Shown: positions 9,831 to 23,921 of the stretch, one piece after another
Layout of the letters: the number at the start of each line of letters is the position of its first letter
Numbering within the stretch: position 1 is the first letter of the stretch
Assembly: GCF_964204645.1 (NCBI RefSeq)
Contig: NC_134030.1
Coordinates: 14,508,110 to 14,572,109, forward strand
Source: Tubulanus polymorphus
Lineage: Eukaryota; Animalia; Nemertea
DNA length: 64,000 bases
Reading direction: 5' to 3'
Notes under the pieces: model-generated
What the model was told of the DNA's origin: nothing
Seen by the model: the letters and a program-made list of their open reading frames with translations, nothing else
Database searches by the model: none
Made by a program: the position numbers and the translations under genes

Positions 9831-10381
9831 GACGGGAAAAGCACAAACGTCGTTCAGCGCGAGAAAAGACGTTTTCTCATCAAGTTTTCCCCGTATCGAA
9901 AAAATGAAAATGTCGATGCGCAAAAGCGCTCAAATCGACAGGAAAAGCACATTTCGACACATTTCGACCCAAAAACGTCGTTCAGCGCGAGAAAAGACGT
10001 TTTAAAAGACGTTTTCTCATCAAGTTTTCCCCGTATCGAAAAAATTGAAAATGTCGATGCGCAATAGCGCTCAAATCGACGGGAAAAGCACATTTCGACA
10101 CATTTCGACCCAAAAACGTCGTTCAGCGCGAGAAAAGACGTTTTCTCATCGAGTTTTCTCCGTATCGAAAAAATGAAATTGTCGATGCGCAAAAGCGCTC
10201 AAATCGACGGGAAAAGCACATTTCGACCCGAAAACGTCGTTCAGCTGGAGAAAAGACGTTTTCTCATCAAGTTTTCCCCGTATCGAAAAAATGAATTTGT
10301 CGATGCGCATAGGCGTTCAAATCGACGGGAAAAGCACATTTCGACCCGAAAACGTCGTTCAGCGCGAGAAAAGACGTTTTC
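9831..10381. repeat. Minisatellite, about 5 units of ~110-135 bp
   Basis: Recurrent GACGGGAAAAGCACATTTCGAC...AACGTCGTTCAGCGCGAGAAAAGACGTTTT. Confidence 0.9.
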
Positions 10382-10955
10382 AAGTTTAATATTGCTACAC
10401 GTAATATCTCAATTTTCTATAGTGCCAGATTATAAATAAACTATAATCTAACCATACTTTTTCAGAAAGCTGAAAAATATAGTCATAGACCTACTAAAAT
10501 CCTGAGATTTGCACTCATTTTTTGTTCATTCAACGAGAATATGACATGAGTGCGCCAAGTTTAAATACCAAACAGATGTTACAGTAAATTGGTACAATAC
10601 CACAGAACTATTACTTTTTCACTGAAACTTTCTTGCACATGTTGCCGTGTACATGTACCCACTAAATGCGGGATCAATGAACCTGCTTCCTAACTTACGT
10701 CAAACTCTTGATCTTGCTCTGCATAATTATCAAGATTTTGAAACTCTTCAATCACATAAAATATTTCGCTAACATCCGGCATCGCTCCCTACAGGTAAAA
10801 ATGTATGATAGTGTGAAAATGAAGGCGTAGGCGTAATGAACACCAGACATAATAACTTGAAATAACAAACAACTTTCAATAATGTTACACTGGCTGAAGG
10901 CAAATTGGAAATACAATAGTACGATAACCACACTCAGACGTGGTGAACACATAAA

Positions 10956-11115
10956 AAGATAAAAACCCACTATGTACAAATCGAAAGAATTTTAAAATTG
11001 AGAATTTACTTATTCAAACAAAATAATTTTATAAGACACGACGTTTCGATCTCACCCTAGAGATCATCATTCTCGATTTTAAAATTTTGATTTGTACATG
11101 GTGGGTTTTTATCTT
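10956..11115 (-). mobile_element. Penelope-like remnant with inverted arms and a hammerhead-like core (copy at 14474-14633)
   Basis: AAGATAAAAACCCAC.ATGTACAAATC / GATTTGTACAT.GTGGGTTTTTATCTT; minus strand TGATGA-TCTC..GAGA-TCGAAACGTCG. Confidence 0.5.
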
Positions 11116-11650
11116 ATTCAGGGATGAAAATCATAGGCGGATTTCCGACTTTTAGTTTCATTTCCATCATTCTTGAGAACAGTGTAAATCCGTTAAAAAA
11201 TTTAGGGGGGGGGGGTTAATAATTATCGAGTCACTAAGTTTTTCTGAGATCGGGAGATCACAGCGGCCGTAAAAGCGCTGCGAACGGTAAAAGCGTTCAT
11301 TACGTGTTTTCCCAATCTCCATTCAAGACATACAAATTGGATCAATAATTGTATCTATTTCAATCGTTGGCTCTACGTTAAAAGAAAGTAAACATTCTTG
11401 ATCGCTCAGTTTACCCTGTACGCGTTGGAATACGGAATAATCCGAACGCGGACGCAGTACCGGCCCGTGTTCCAGACGTGAGGCCGGGCCGGGTTTTAGA
11501 CTTGTGGCCGCGTATTTATGTCTTGATCAACTGGTTCTCTTAGAAAAGCAGCCCGAAATAGCAAAAAGCATTACGTTTCACCGGTATATGATGTTGAATG
11601 CAAAGTTTTGAAATCAAGCTTATAATTCAACTGTGAAGACCAAATGCTAC

Positions 11651-11803
11651 CTGTCCGAATGTTGGATGGTTTGTATGGTTCTCAGGTTCCGGGAACCGTA
11701 CATGGTATTCAACTAAACCCACAACATTATCAATGTTGTCTGATAAGTCTTTCTGAAGTTGAGATGATGCACGTCTCCTTGAAAGGGGAGAATCATCAGC
11801 AAT
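11651..11803 (-). CDS. Probable 153-bp exon, CaRF-like / Mutator-transposase-related segment (copy at 15170-15322)
   Basis: ttttgttccag acceptor and GT donor bound 51 codons ending YHVRFPEPENHTNH, resembling the Y-V-x-x-P-x4-H-x2-H pattern of CaRF. Confidence 0.4.
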
Positions 11804-11876
11804 CTGGAACAAAATTAGATAGGCCTTTAATCTGTGCTTAGAAACACACTTCTTATGAAGACTCGTGGTAAATATT

Positions 11877-13018
11877 AGTAATAGGGATAATAGGCTTTCA
11901 GATCAAAGGTCGAAGGGTCGAGCTCGTAAAAAAATTGAAAATAACAATAATTTACAGTTGAATTAGTCGCGCACACTCCTAATTCAACTGTAAATTATTG
12001 TTATTTTCATTTTTTACTCACTCGCCCCTTCAACCTTTAACCTGAAAGCCTATTATCCCTATTACTCTTAAAATAATCATGTAAATGAATAACATTTAAA
12101 TTGACAGATTATTCAATATAAAAGTGTAAGCTCTTATAGAATAGATATATAGATATATTTACAACATTATTTCAATATTCATATTTGTGTGAGTTAGATT
12201 TTTAAACATTAAAAGTGTTAGTAAAGTGTGATTGAAATAACACGTAGCTGTATATACTAGAACATGATTCTATTTGAGCCTATATACATTTCATGTAATG
12301 AACTATTGAATAAATCTATAAATTCACAGCTGTTACAGCTGTTACTATGACGCCGAGTCATATGAGTCATAATATTGCAAACGTGTAGAGAACATTCTAG
12401 AAAGGTGTGCCGGAACCAGATGACGTACTGTTTTTTGTAGTTATTAGGGCTATTAAATATGAAACCTTTAGATATATTTAAGTGTATTTAGTATATCTTT
12501 TAGATGGCTAGAGTTGCCGCTAATATCTTTTAGATTAATAAAACGCCATACGCATCAAGAAGTGATAGAGAAACTCAAGATACTCTTTCTGACTGAGGAA
12601 TCAACAGCAATGGATATCGAACCAATGGAAATTAGCACAAGAAACACAAGAATCGACGAATCGCCAAAAGATCGACGAAGAAACTATATAAGAATTTCAA
12701 AAACATTAAGACTCCAATGATTAAGTTTAACATTAGTTGATGTAGTTAAATATTTACCAGCAATTGAAAAAATGCTTGTAATTATAAATTGTATTTATAG
12801 AAATTAAATGATGTATTGGAAGAAACGACTGAACAACTTGTATAATGTATTGTGTAAATCTGTTTGGTGAATTTTTATGTTCAGTCGTTTCTATTATGAA
12901 TAGCGCATGCGCATTGATCCAAACCGGGCCTGAATGCCCGGCCGGTCTTGCCTAGTGCACATGCGTTTTGATATTTCATGTCGGTTGTTTCTATTTACAT
13001 AATGAATATAATATGTAA
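11877..13018 (-). mobile_element. Polinton right-end fragment (duplicated copy) with a 190-bp terminal hairpin at 11877-12066
   Basis: AGTAATAGGG...CCCTATTACT, then sequence reverse-complementary to parts of 38900-40510. Confidence 0.88.
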
Positions 13019-13789
13019 TAGATGAAATCTAAGTGACGGACGCTTCGTCACTGCAGCTTGATTTAATTTTTACGACTAAGATTAAGAAATCATAACGATT
13101 CGAAAACAACCTCGTTCACGGAGTGTAACAAAAACACTCAAAATAATGTCAGTGACTAAAGGAACACCGAGAAAATTAATTGTTGTCAATGAAACTGCCA
13201 AGAAACTCTTACTATAACTCTTAAAGTCTATCAATTTTTTTTCGATGTTGAAATTGTTCTGTAGATTTGGGCCCCGAGCATTAAATTATTGAAGAAAATA
13301 AATCAATTCTTATTGTAAAGCTTGGAAAAATGAAAACTAATGCCATATAGTTAAGTGTCGGGGAAAGAAAGATGAAACTTCAACTTTAAGGTTCGATTAA
13401 TTTCTGGTTATTAAAAATTTTGGCTTATATTTTGATCAGGAAAATTATGACGAACCTGTTCATTTCATCTGTAGATCTAATGAAATTCAATTTTCTATGA
13501 AAATAACTTGACCCATTTCTTAACTAAATATCAACTGCTCTTTGGCTACCCGGGGTAGGTCGGTTTACCACTGCTAAAAAGATTACTATTTAGATTTGTA
13601 TCAGGAATTTTTCAATGGTTTATAAACCACTTTGTAAAACCCGAAATGTAAAAACCGACATTATGGTGAAACTGAGACGGTTTGCGAGATTGAAGAATTT
13701 GACCTGGTGTTAATTTAGAGATTAGCTCCATTTGAAAAGTAAAGGAAGGGACGAAAAAATGAAAGACACGTTGAAACGCATCGATTGCA

Positions 13790-14070
<281 letters not shown>

Positions 14071-15395
14071 AAAAGAAAGTAAACATTCTTGATCGCTCAG
14101 TTTACCCTGTACGCGTTGATCAGAACTATTACTTTTTCACTGAAACTTTCTTGCACATGTTGCCGTGTACATGTACCCACTAAATGCGGGATCAATGAAC
14201 CTGCTTCCTAACTTACGTCAAACTCTTGATCTTGCTCTGCATAATTATCAAGATTTTGAAACTCTTCAATCACATAAAATATTTCGCTAACATCCGGCAT
14301 CGCTCCCTACAGGTAAAAATGTATGATAGTGTGAAAATGAAGGCGTAGGCGTAATGAACACCAGACATAATAACTTGAAATAACAAACAACTTTCAATAA
14401 TGTTACACTGGCTGAAGGCAAATTGGAAATACAATAGTACGATAACCACACTCAGACGTGGTGAACACATAAAAAGATAAAAACCCACTATGTACAAATC
14501 GAAAGAATTTTAAAATTGAGAATTTACTTATTCAAACAAAATAATTTTATAAGACACGACGTTTCGATCTCACCCTAGAGATCATCATTCTCGATTTTAA
14601 AATTTTGATTTGTACATGGTGGGTTTTTATCTTATTCAGGGATGAAAATCATAGGCGGATTTCCGACTTTTAGTTTCATTTCCATCATTCTTGAGAACAG
14701 TGTAAATCCGTTAAAAAATTTAGGGGGGGGGGGGTTAATAATTATCGAGTCACTAAGTTTTTCTGAGATCGGGAGATCACAGCGGCCGTAAAAGCGCTGC
14801 GAACGGTAAAAGCGTTCATTACGTGTTTTCCCAATCTCCATTCAAGACATACAAATTGGATCAATAATTGTATCTATTTCAATCGTTGGCTCTACGTTAA
14901 AAGAAAGTAAACATTCTTGATCGCTCAGTTTACCCTGTACGCGTTGGAATACGGAATAATCCGAACGCGGACGCAGTACCGGCCCGTGTTCCAGACGTGA
15001 GGCCGGGCCGGGTTTTAGACTTGTGGCCGCGTATTAAAGTCTTGATCAACTGGTTCTCTTAGAAAAGCAGCCCGAAATAGCAAAAAGCATTACGTTTCAC
15101 CGGTATATGATGTTGAATGCAAAGTTTTGAAATCAAGCTTATAATTCAACTGTGAAGACCAAATGCTACCTGTCCGAATGTTGGATGGTTTGTATGGTTC
15201 TCAGGTTCCGGGAACCGTACATGGTATTCAACTAAACCCACAACATTATCAATGTTGTCTGATAAGTCTTTCTGAAGTTGAGATGATGCACGTCTCCTTG
15301 AAAGGGGAGAATCATCAGCAATCTGGAACAAAATTAGATAGGCCTTTAATCTGTGCTTAGAAACACACTTCTTATGAAGACTCGTGGTAAATATT

Positions 15396-16537
15396 AGTAA
15401 TAGGGATAATAGGCTTTCAGATCAAAGGTCGAAGGGTCGAGCTCGTAAAAAAATTGAAAATAACAATAATTTACAGTTGAATTAGTCGCGCACACTCCTA
15501 ATTCAACTGTAAATTATTGTTATTTTCATTTTTTACTCACTCGCCCCTTCAACCTTTAACCTGAAAGCCTATTATCCCTATTACTCTTAAAATAATCATG
15601 TAAATGAATAACATTTAAATTGACAGATTATTCAATATAAAAGTGTAAGCTCTTATAGAATAGATATATAGATATATTTACAACATTATTTCAATATTCA
15701 TATTTGTGTGAGTTAGATTTTTAAACATTAAAAGTGTTAGTAAAGTGTGATTGAAATAACACGTAGCTGTATATACTAGAACATGATTCTATTTGAGCCT
15801 ATATACATTTCATGTAATGAACTATTGAATAAATCTATAAATTCACAGCTGTTACAGCTGTTACTATGACGCCGAGTCATATGAGTCATAATATTGCAAA
15901 CGTGTAGAGAACATTCTAGAAAGGTGTGCCGGAACCAGATGACGTACTGTTTTTTGTAGTTATTAGGGCTATTAAATATGAAACCTTTAGATATATTTAA
16001 GTGTATTTAGTATATCTTTTAGATGGCTAGAGTTGCCGCTAATATCTTTTAGATTAATAAAACGCCATACGCATCAAGAAGTGATAGAGAAACTCAAGAT
16101 ACTCTTTCTGACTGAGGAATCAACAGCAATGGATATCGAACCAATGGAAATTAGCACAAGAAACACAAGAATCGACGAATCGCCAAAAGATCGACGAAGA
16201 AACTATATAAGAATTTCAAAAACATTAAGACTCCAATGATTAAGTTTAACATTAGTTGATGTAGTTAAATATTTACCAGCAATTGAAAAAATGCTTGTAA
16301 TTATAAATTGTATTTATAGAAATTAAATGATGTATTGGAAGAAACGACTGAACAACTTGTATAATGTATTGTGTAAATCTGTTTGGTGAATTTTTATGTT
16401 CAGTCGTTTCTATTATGAATAGCGCATGCGCATTGATCCAAACCGGGCCTGAATGCCCGGCCGGTCTTGCCTAGTGCACATGCGTTTTGATATTTCATGT
16501 CGGTTGTTTCTATTTACATAATGAATATAATATGTAA
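15396..16537 (-). mobile_element. Right end of the older Polinton B with a 190-bp terminal hairpin at 15396-15585
   Basis: Same as 11877-13018; preceded by AATATT; continues at 23188 after an insertion. Confidence 0.85.
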
Positions 16538-17308
16538 TAGATGAAATCTAAGTGACGGACGCTTCGTCACTGCAGCTTGATTTAATTTTTACGACTAAGA
16601 TTAAGAAATCATAACGATTCGAAAACAACCTCGTTCACGGAGTGTAACAAAAACACTCAAAATAATGTCAGTGACTAAAGGAACACCGAGAAAATTAATT
16701 GTTGTCAATGAAACTGCCAAGAAACTCTTACTATAACTCTTAAAGTCTATCAATTTTTTTTCGATGTTGAAATTGTTCTGTAGATTTGGGCCCCGAGCAT
16801 TAAATTATTGAAGAAAATAAATCAATTCTTATTGTAAAGCTTGGAAAAATGAAAACTAATGCCATATAGTTAAGTGTCGGGGAAAGAAAGATGAAACTTC
16901 AACTTTAAGGTTCGATTAATTTCTGGTTATTAAAAATTTTGGCTTATATTTTGATCAGGAAAATTATGACGAACCTGTTCATTTCATCTGTAGATCTAAT
17001 GAAATTCAATTTTCTATGAAAATAACTTGACCCATTTCTTAACTAAATATCAACTGCTCTTTGGCTACCCGGGGTAGGTCGGTTTACCACTGCTAAAAAG
17101 ATTACTATTTAGATTTGTATCAGGAATTTTTCAATGGTTTATAAACCACTTTGTAAAACCCGAAATGTAAAAACCGACATTATGGTGAAACTGAGACGGT
17201 TTGCGAGATTGAAGAATTTGACCTGGTGTTAATTTAGAGATTAGCTCCATTTGAAAAGTAAAGGAAGGGACGAAAAAATGAAAGACACGTTGAAACGCAT
17301 CGATTGCA

Positions 17309-17526
<218 letters not shown>

Positions 17527-17904
17527 TTTAACTCATTGACTTTTGATTTGTAATTGGAATTTTCATAACTTTTACTAAAAACATTTAATTGAATTTGACA
17601 AATTGGTTAACAATGATTGATTGAATGATTACTCGAAAATTATTAGATACATTTTTTGACGAAACCCTAGCAGTTTGGTACCCAGCTGTTAATCCGGCAA
17701 CACCTGTGTGATTTGTTTCAGCCTTTCCAAATCAAGGCGCACGGGGTAGTAAACCACCCCACTGGCACGCACCCTGGATACACCATTCCAGCTAGGGTCG
17801 TCATCATCAATTAGTCGTTAGAATGAAAATCAATTTGTAACTATATACTTCACCTCAAATTTCCGTATCTAAGAAAAACATAAAATAAAATAAAATAAAA
17901 TAGT

Positions 17905-20840
17905 CTAGTATAAATACATTTTATCTTTCCAGAATTTATCAAGACTTGATTTAAAACAGTCTGTGGAGGTGGCCGATACCACTTTTTCGGGGAGGATGTT
18001 CCACATGTTTACTACTCTTTGAGTAAAGAACATCCTTCTGACTTCTTTTTTCGACCTTAATTTCTTGAATTTCTTACAATGCCCTCTAAGTTGACGAAGG
18101 CTCACTTCAGGGGGTAACAGCTTTGAGGTGTTGACATTATAGTTAGTGCCCTCTTATATAATTATATGTCATAATCATATCGCCTCTGTCTCTACGGTAA
18201 GAGAGGGTCGGCAGTTTTAGGTGTCTCAGTCTGTCTTCATACGACATATCTCTAAGGCTTTGAACCAGCTTCGTAGCCCTCCGCTGTACCTTTTCGAGTG
18301 CCTCTGTGTCAATTTTTTACCCGGGGTCTCCATGCAGATATGCCGTACTCCAGTATTGGGCGTACTAAGGCCTTGTATAGTAGACAGAAAGTGCTAGGTT
18401 CCAAATAGGTGAAAGCTCTTTTTATTATCCCTAGCACCTTGTTCGATTTATTTACTACGGCATTTGTTTGGTCTTTGAAGCTTAGCTTATCATCTATTAG
18501 ACCCCCAAGGTCCCTTTCAATGCTACTTCCGGCGATTCTAACGGTTTTTCCTTCTGATATCATTGTGTACTCATACGGTCTGTCATTTTTGCCAAAATGC
18601 ATAACTATACATTTCTCTGGATGGAATTGCATTTGCCACTTTAATGCCCACTCACTTAGCATATTCAGATCATGTTGAAGGATGTTCCCATCATTATCAT
18701 CTCTAATTACCCTGAATATTTTTGTGTCGTCAGCATACATCTTCATTGTACTTTTGATGCCACTAGGTAGATCATTGATATATATCACAAACAGCAATGG
18801 GCCTAGAACGCTACCTTGAGGGACTCCACTGGTTACAGTTTAACATCCAGATAAATCACCGTCGATACAAACAGCCTGTTTTCTATTGGCTAGGAAGTCA
18901 CTGATCCAATCTAAAAGTTTTCCCCTTATTCCGTAATTTTCTACCTTCTTGAGCAGTCTTTTATGTGTGACCTTGTCAAAGGCTTTTTTAAAGTCGAGAA
19001 ATACCACATCAAATGTTTCGTTGTTGTCAAGATAAGTCGTCCAGTCATTTAGGGTTTCAGCCAGTTGTGTATTGGTCGATTTACCCTTAACAAATCCATG
19101 TTGATCAGGTGAAATTATATTATTATCAAGGAGATGTAACATCACCTTGTCCCTCACGATCGACTCCATTACTTTGCATACACAGCTGGTTAGACTCACT
19201 GGCCTGAAGTTTTCAGCCTTACTCGTAGTGCCTTTTTTATGTATCGGCTTCACGTGGGCCTCTTTCCAGTTCCCAGGTATCTTACCAGCTTTCAGGGTCT
19301 TATCAAATAGGTGGGCAAGACTTACCGAAAGCGTATCTGCTGCCTCATGTAAAATCCTGGGGTGTATTTGATCGGGACCCATTGCTTTGTTTATGGGAAG
19401 TGCTTTAAGCTTCTTTGCCACGGTTTCTGGAGTTATCTCTATACTGGTTATGGAGGTGATGCTCCTGAGCATGGCAGGAGGTTCTGGTATATATGTTATA
19501 TCCTCCTTTGTAAATACCCCGGCAAAGTAGGTGTTAAACACCTCGACTTTTTCGTGGTTGTTTGCTGTTTTCTTAGTTGTACCGTTGATACTATACTCTT
19601 GGTCCGGGAACTTACTTCTGGTGACTGTCTTCGATCTACAGTATTTCCAGAAGGCCTTAGGATTTTTCTTTGCTTCTTTTGCAATGTTCTTCTCAAATTG
19701 CTTCATCGCTTTTCTGGTTTCCCTACGTGCAGCGTTACTTGCTTGGGTATAGGTGTCATAATCTTCTTGTCTATGATGTCGGAGGTACTTGCTCCAGGCC
19801 TTGCGCTTTTTCCTTATTTTACTCATTGTGTTGCGGTTCATCCACAGTGGAGACCGTGTGTTTTTTTGCCCAGCATTTTTGCTTGATGGTACAAACATGT
19901 TTTCTGCTTCGATGATAGAGGATTTAATCTTTAACCAACATTGTTCTACATCAAGTTCCTCCAAGTCGTTCACTGGTAAATCCTGTGTCAATTTCTCACT
20001 TATCTTTACAAAGTCACCTCTGTTATAATTCTTCCTAGTGCATCTATCTATTTTCAGCTTTTTCGGAGTCGAATTTAGGTTGAATCTCAGGCAAAGATGG
20101 TCACTTTTTCGTAATGGCGGGAGATATTGGGTGTTTTCAACCTCGTCGGATGAAAAGGTAAATAACAGGTCCAGTATATTCTTCTGTTGGTTAACTCTAT
20201 GTCTAGTTGGCTGTAAGATGTTTTGTGTAAAAAAGGCATCTTGACAACTTTCTAAGAATTTTGAGGCTTCGTGGTTTACGGACCGTACTTCCATTGACAT
20301 GTTGTCCCAATTAATTTCCGGAAAATTGAAGTCCCCACAGAGGAGTTGGTACTCTCTCATATTTCCTAATCTCCTAATTGTATTGTGTAGCGCCTCATTG
20401 TTTTGATAATTGCTACTGGGACTTCTGTACATGCATCCCATTAACAGGGGCCTTTGATATTTGTCCATTTCTATTTCAACCCAGATGGCTTCCTAGAATC
20501 CCACTCCTTCCAGCAGTTTTGAGTTAGGCTCAGTAGATTTTAGACATTTTTCACGTAAAGACCAATGCCTCTAACTCCCGGGTTTTCTACATTTGAGTAT
20601 ATGTCATAGTTCTCACTACCTTCGAATATCATGTTGTTATCGCACGGTTGGAAGCGTGTCGATTTTGGATTGACTTCGGTGATGCACAGTAGGTCAGGTC
20701 TCTCCTTTTTTACTAATAGACTTAACTCCAACTTTTTGTTCATCAGGCAGTCTGCATTTGTATATATACATATAAGATAGTTCTCACCAATGGCTTCAGT
20801 CTCGTTGCTATTATTTTCATTTTCCTTTAATTCATTGGTA
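17905..20840 (-). pseudogene. LINE ORF2 (AP endonuclease + reverse transcriptase) with stops and frameshifts
   Basis: PDLLCITE, GDFN, SDH (APE); FRPVSLTS, QHGF, FLDFKKAFDKV, YADDT (RT), split over several ORFs. Confidence 0.95.
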
Positions 20841-20859
20841 GATTGCTCGATCTGTATAG

Positions 20860-22122
20860 GTTTAATCTGAGGTGCTTTTCTATTTTTTTGAGTCAGGCTT
20901 GTATTTTTTTTTAATTATTCCGAAAGGGCAGAGTGGGGGTAATTATTTTGTTACCTCTTATCATCAAACCCTTTTCCCCTTTGGCCTTCCTCTCTTCCAG
21001 CTCCTTCTTCAATATAGCATACATTCTTCTCTGTTCTATGGTTTTGTCACTAGACATGCTTATGCCATTTATACCTCTGGATTGTTTCTTTTTTGTTCAG
21101 CGTAACTGTTTACGATGACCTCTTTATCATATTCAGTTGCCAGAATTACTCTTAGTGGCCGCGTTTTTTCTGACTTGAAGGTCCCTATTCTGTTTATAAC
21201 CTTTGGTCTTTCGATATCTACCCTCAAGGTTCCTACGAAAAATTCCTGCACCTTTCGTTGTTCCTCTTTTCCTCTCTGGACATTTTCTTCAATTTTTTCT
21301 ACTTCCTTTTTATCAGCTTTATTATTGAGACTTAGCACGATTTCCTTCATTACTCTCTCATAGTTTACGAAAAATCCTTCCATTTTCTCAATAATCTTGC
21401 TCTCGACTTTTGCATTATCATTAACCCTCAGACATATCAATCCCTATTTGCTGTTTACATTCCTGACAGGTCAGCGTAAGGCAACTATTTTCAAGCAGCC
21501 ACTCTTCAATTCCCCGTAGTTCAGGCGGAATTTCTGCGCAGGCCCAGCACATATTATTTTTACAAGAGAAACATTTAAACTTGTTGACAGCTTGATTTCC
21601 CTGGATATCTAATTTGTCCCCACAGTAATTGCAAGTCTGTAGGGTTGATTTTGTTACTGGGTCAACATCAAGTCTCTGTCGTCGCGCCTCTTGCATATAG
21701 CTCACCTCCTCTATCCTTTGTTCATCCTCCCTTTTCCTCTTTTCCCTGTGTTTCAATGATCGGAACTGGGTGGACCCACGATTTGGTACCTCCGGAAGTA
21801 TTCGCTGTGGCGTTGAGACTGTAGGTCTACTAGGCTTACCTTGAATTGGTGACGGAATACTAATAGAGGCGTGTATACCCGCATAGGCTGCTGCCTGAGC
21901 TAGCAGATCCTGAGGCGGCGATTTAAGTCGCCGATTTCTGTATATCGGATAATTATTTTCATCCTCACTACTACTAGCCTCATCAGTCTCCCGATACCTT
22001 CTTCTTTCACTACTTACCCCCTGATCAGAATTTATATTTCGCCAACTACCCGGCCAATTATCATGCTGTATCACTTCCGGGTTTGGTGTTATTGTTTTGG
22101 TTGTTGTTGTTCCGCTCGCCAT
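20860..22122 (-). pseudogene. LINE ORF1 (PHD-like finger, coiled coil, RNA-binding region), frameshifted
   Basis: CNYC..CFSC..CWAC..CQEC; RIG...RPLRVIL. Confidence 0.8.
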
Positions 22123-23350
22123 TTTTCCGGACTGGTTGTCAAGGCTTGATGGTCGACGTTAAAAATTGATTTACGGAGCTATTGTATAATTATTATATTG
22201 ATCTTACCTCTTAATTTGTGCTATACACACTATTTGATTAGAATATTAACGATTCGTTGATTGTCTTATGATTAAAATTACGTTAAATTATCTTTATTGG
22301 GAGCTCTGTCTTCCCCTTGTAGGCCTCGATGCTACCTAGCAACATCCTCCTGCATAATTTTTTTCTGCCAGAAAAAAAATCGAATAAATCATAAGCAGTA
22401 AAATTCAAATGTCAATACAAAAATTGATTTCTCTCGCGAAAAATATTTATTTGTCTCTAATTCTCGGGGAATGTCGAGAACCGGGAATCTACGGCTCAAA
22501 ATTAATAGTGCACGTGGCCAGCGGTAGCGAATTCCTTATTTGGTGAAAGAAGGGGCGGAGACTAATGTTTTTGCCGACCGCGATGTCGCTGCTCCTCGGA
22601 GCGAGACCGTGCCGATCCATCCTCTCGGGCCGCCGCGCTGCCGTGAAATTTTAAGCAAATCGTACGGCAACGCGACTCATCGCAGTTTTAGGGTCATTAA
22701 ATTTGATAAATGATTACATATTTCAGCGCTGCGGCTGGGGTTGACTGTCGCACGCGCGCACGAGAGCGTAAATCTCCGGGATTCGAGCCTGCGATGGCAG
22801 TGAACCGGGCGCCGGCGCGCGGTTTGTTTCATGAATTCGCTCCCGTTGCTAAGGGGATTTCAGCTATTTTCAAACTCGTTCGATCAACGCGGTTCATTGT
22901 TAAACTATTCATCGACCCAATCTTGTTCGAAATTTCATGAAATAAATACATTCTGAAATAACCCGATTCATAAATTGCCGAATTTTAGTTAATGGCTGCC
23001 GGATTTTAGCGTGACGTAATTCTACTTCCGATTTCCCCATGAACTTCAAACCGGACGTCAAGTGACGTCATTTTTTTCTGACTTTGTCAGCTAGTCAGAA
23101 TCGGTTAAGAAGACACTTTCTAGAATCCACATATACGCGTTTATCAAAGGGACGTCCTCCGGGCGCCTTCGGCGCCCGTCGTCCGTCTATAATTATGATT
23201 AGCGCATGCGCATTGATCCAAACTGGGCCTGAATGCCCGGCCGGTCTTGCCTAGTGCACATGCGTTTTGATATCTTATGTGTTCAGTTGTTTCTATTTAC
23301 AGAATGAATATATAATTATGATTAAAACATGTGCATTAAGCAAAACCGGA

Positions 23351-23921
23351 AGTAATAGGGGTAATGGGCTTTCAGATCAAAGGTCGAACGGTCGAGCTCA
23401 TTAAAAAACAAAACATTAAAAGTAATTTAAAACTATAATATATTTTCATAACCGCGTATATTTTATATTAAAACTAAATATTTATTCTAAGATATCAATA
23501 ATTATTAAGCATATTGTATTAAATCAGCTCCGCGACCAATTGATTTATTTACAATACACAAATTCATATAATCAAATATATTTTAATAATAATAATTATT
23601 CTATTATTCAACTGAAATACACGCGGTTATGAAAATATATTATAGTTTTAAATTACTTTTAATGTTTTGTTTTTTAATGAACTCGACCATTCAACCTTTA
23701 ACCCGAAAGCCCATTACCCCTATTACTCTTAAAATAATCATATACATGAATAACATTTAAATCATTGAACTTCTAAAATCAATTTTAATAAAAAATTTAG
23801 TATTAAAATGGAAGCAAATAAGTACTACTGTCCAACATGTAATATCAATATAGATAAATCCCAAAAAGCAAGACACAATAAAACTAAAACACATTTAGAG
23901 AATAAATTGAAACTAGAATAT
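23351..23921 (+). repeat. Left TIR (571 bp); 23351-23727 is a self-complementary hairpin
   Basis: Reverse complement of 40605-41204; includes the first ~38 pPolB codons. Confidence 0.95.

Larger units (their letters stand above)
17870..22340 (-). mobile_element. Near full-length CR1-type non-LTR retrotransposon (boundaries approximate)
   Basis: ORF1 with a PHD-like finger, ORF2 with APE and RT, C-terminal FFTQRVVNMWNILP, (TATTT)n after the stop. Confidence 0.92.

Noticed and set aside
9831-10439. CRISPR-like array or ORFs 9854-10192 and 10173-10439
   Set aside because: Whole units repeat with no unique spacers and no cas genes; ORFs are satellite read-through
18409-21363. Many short plus-strand ORFs
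   Set aside because: Antisense shadows of LINE ORF1/ORF2
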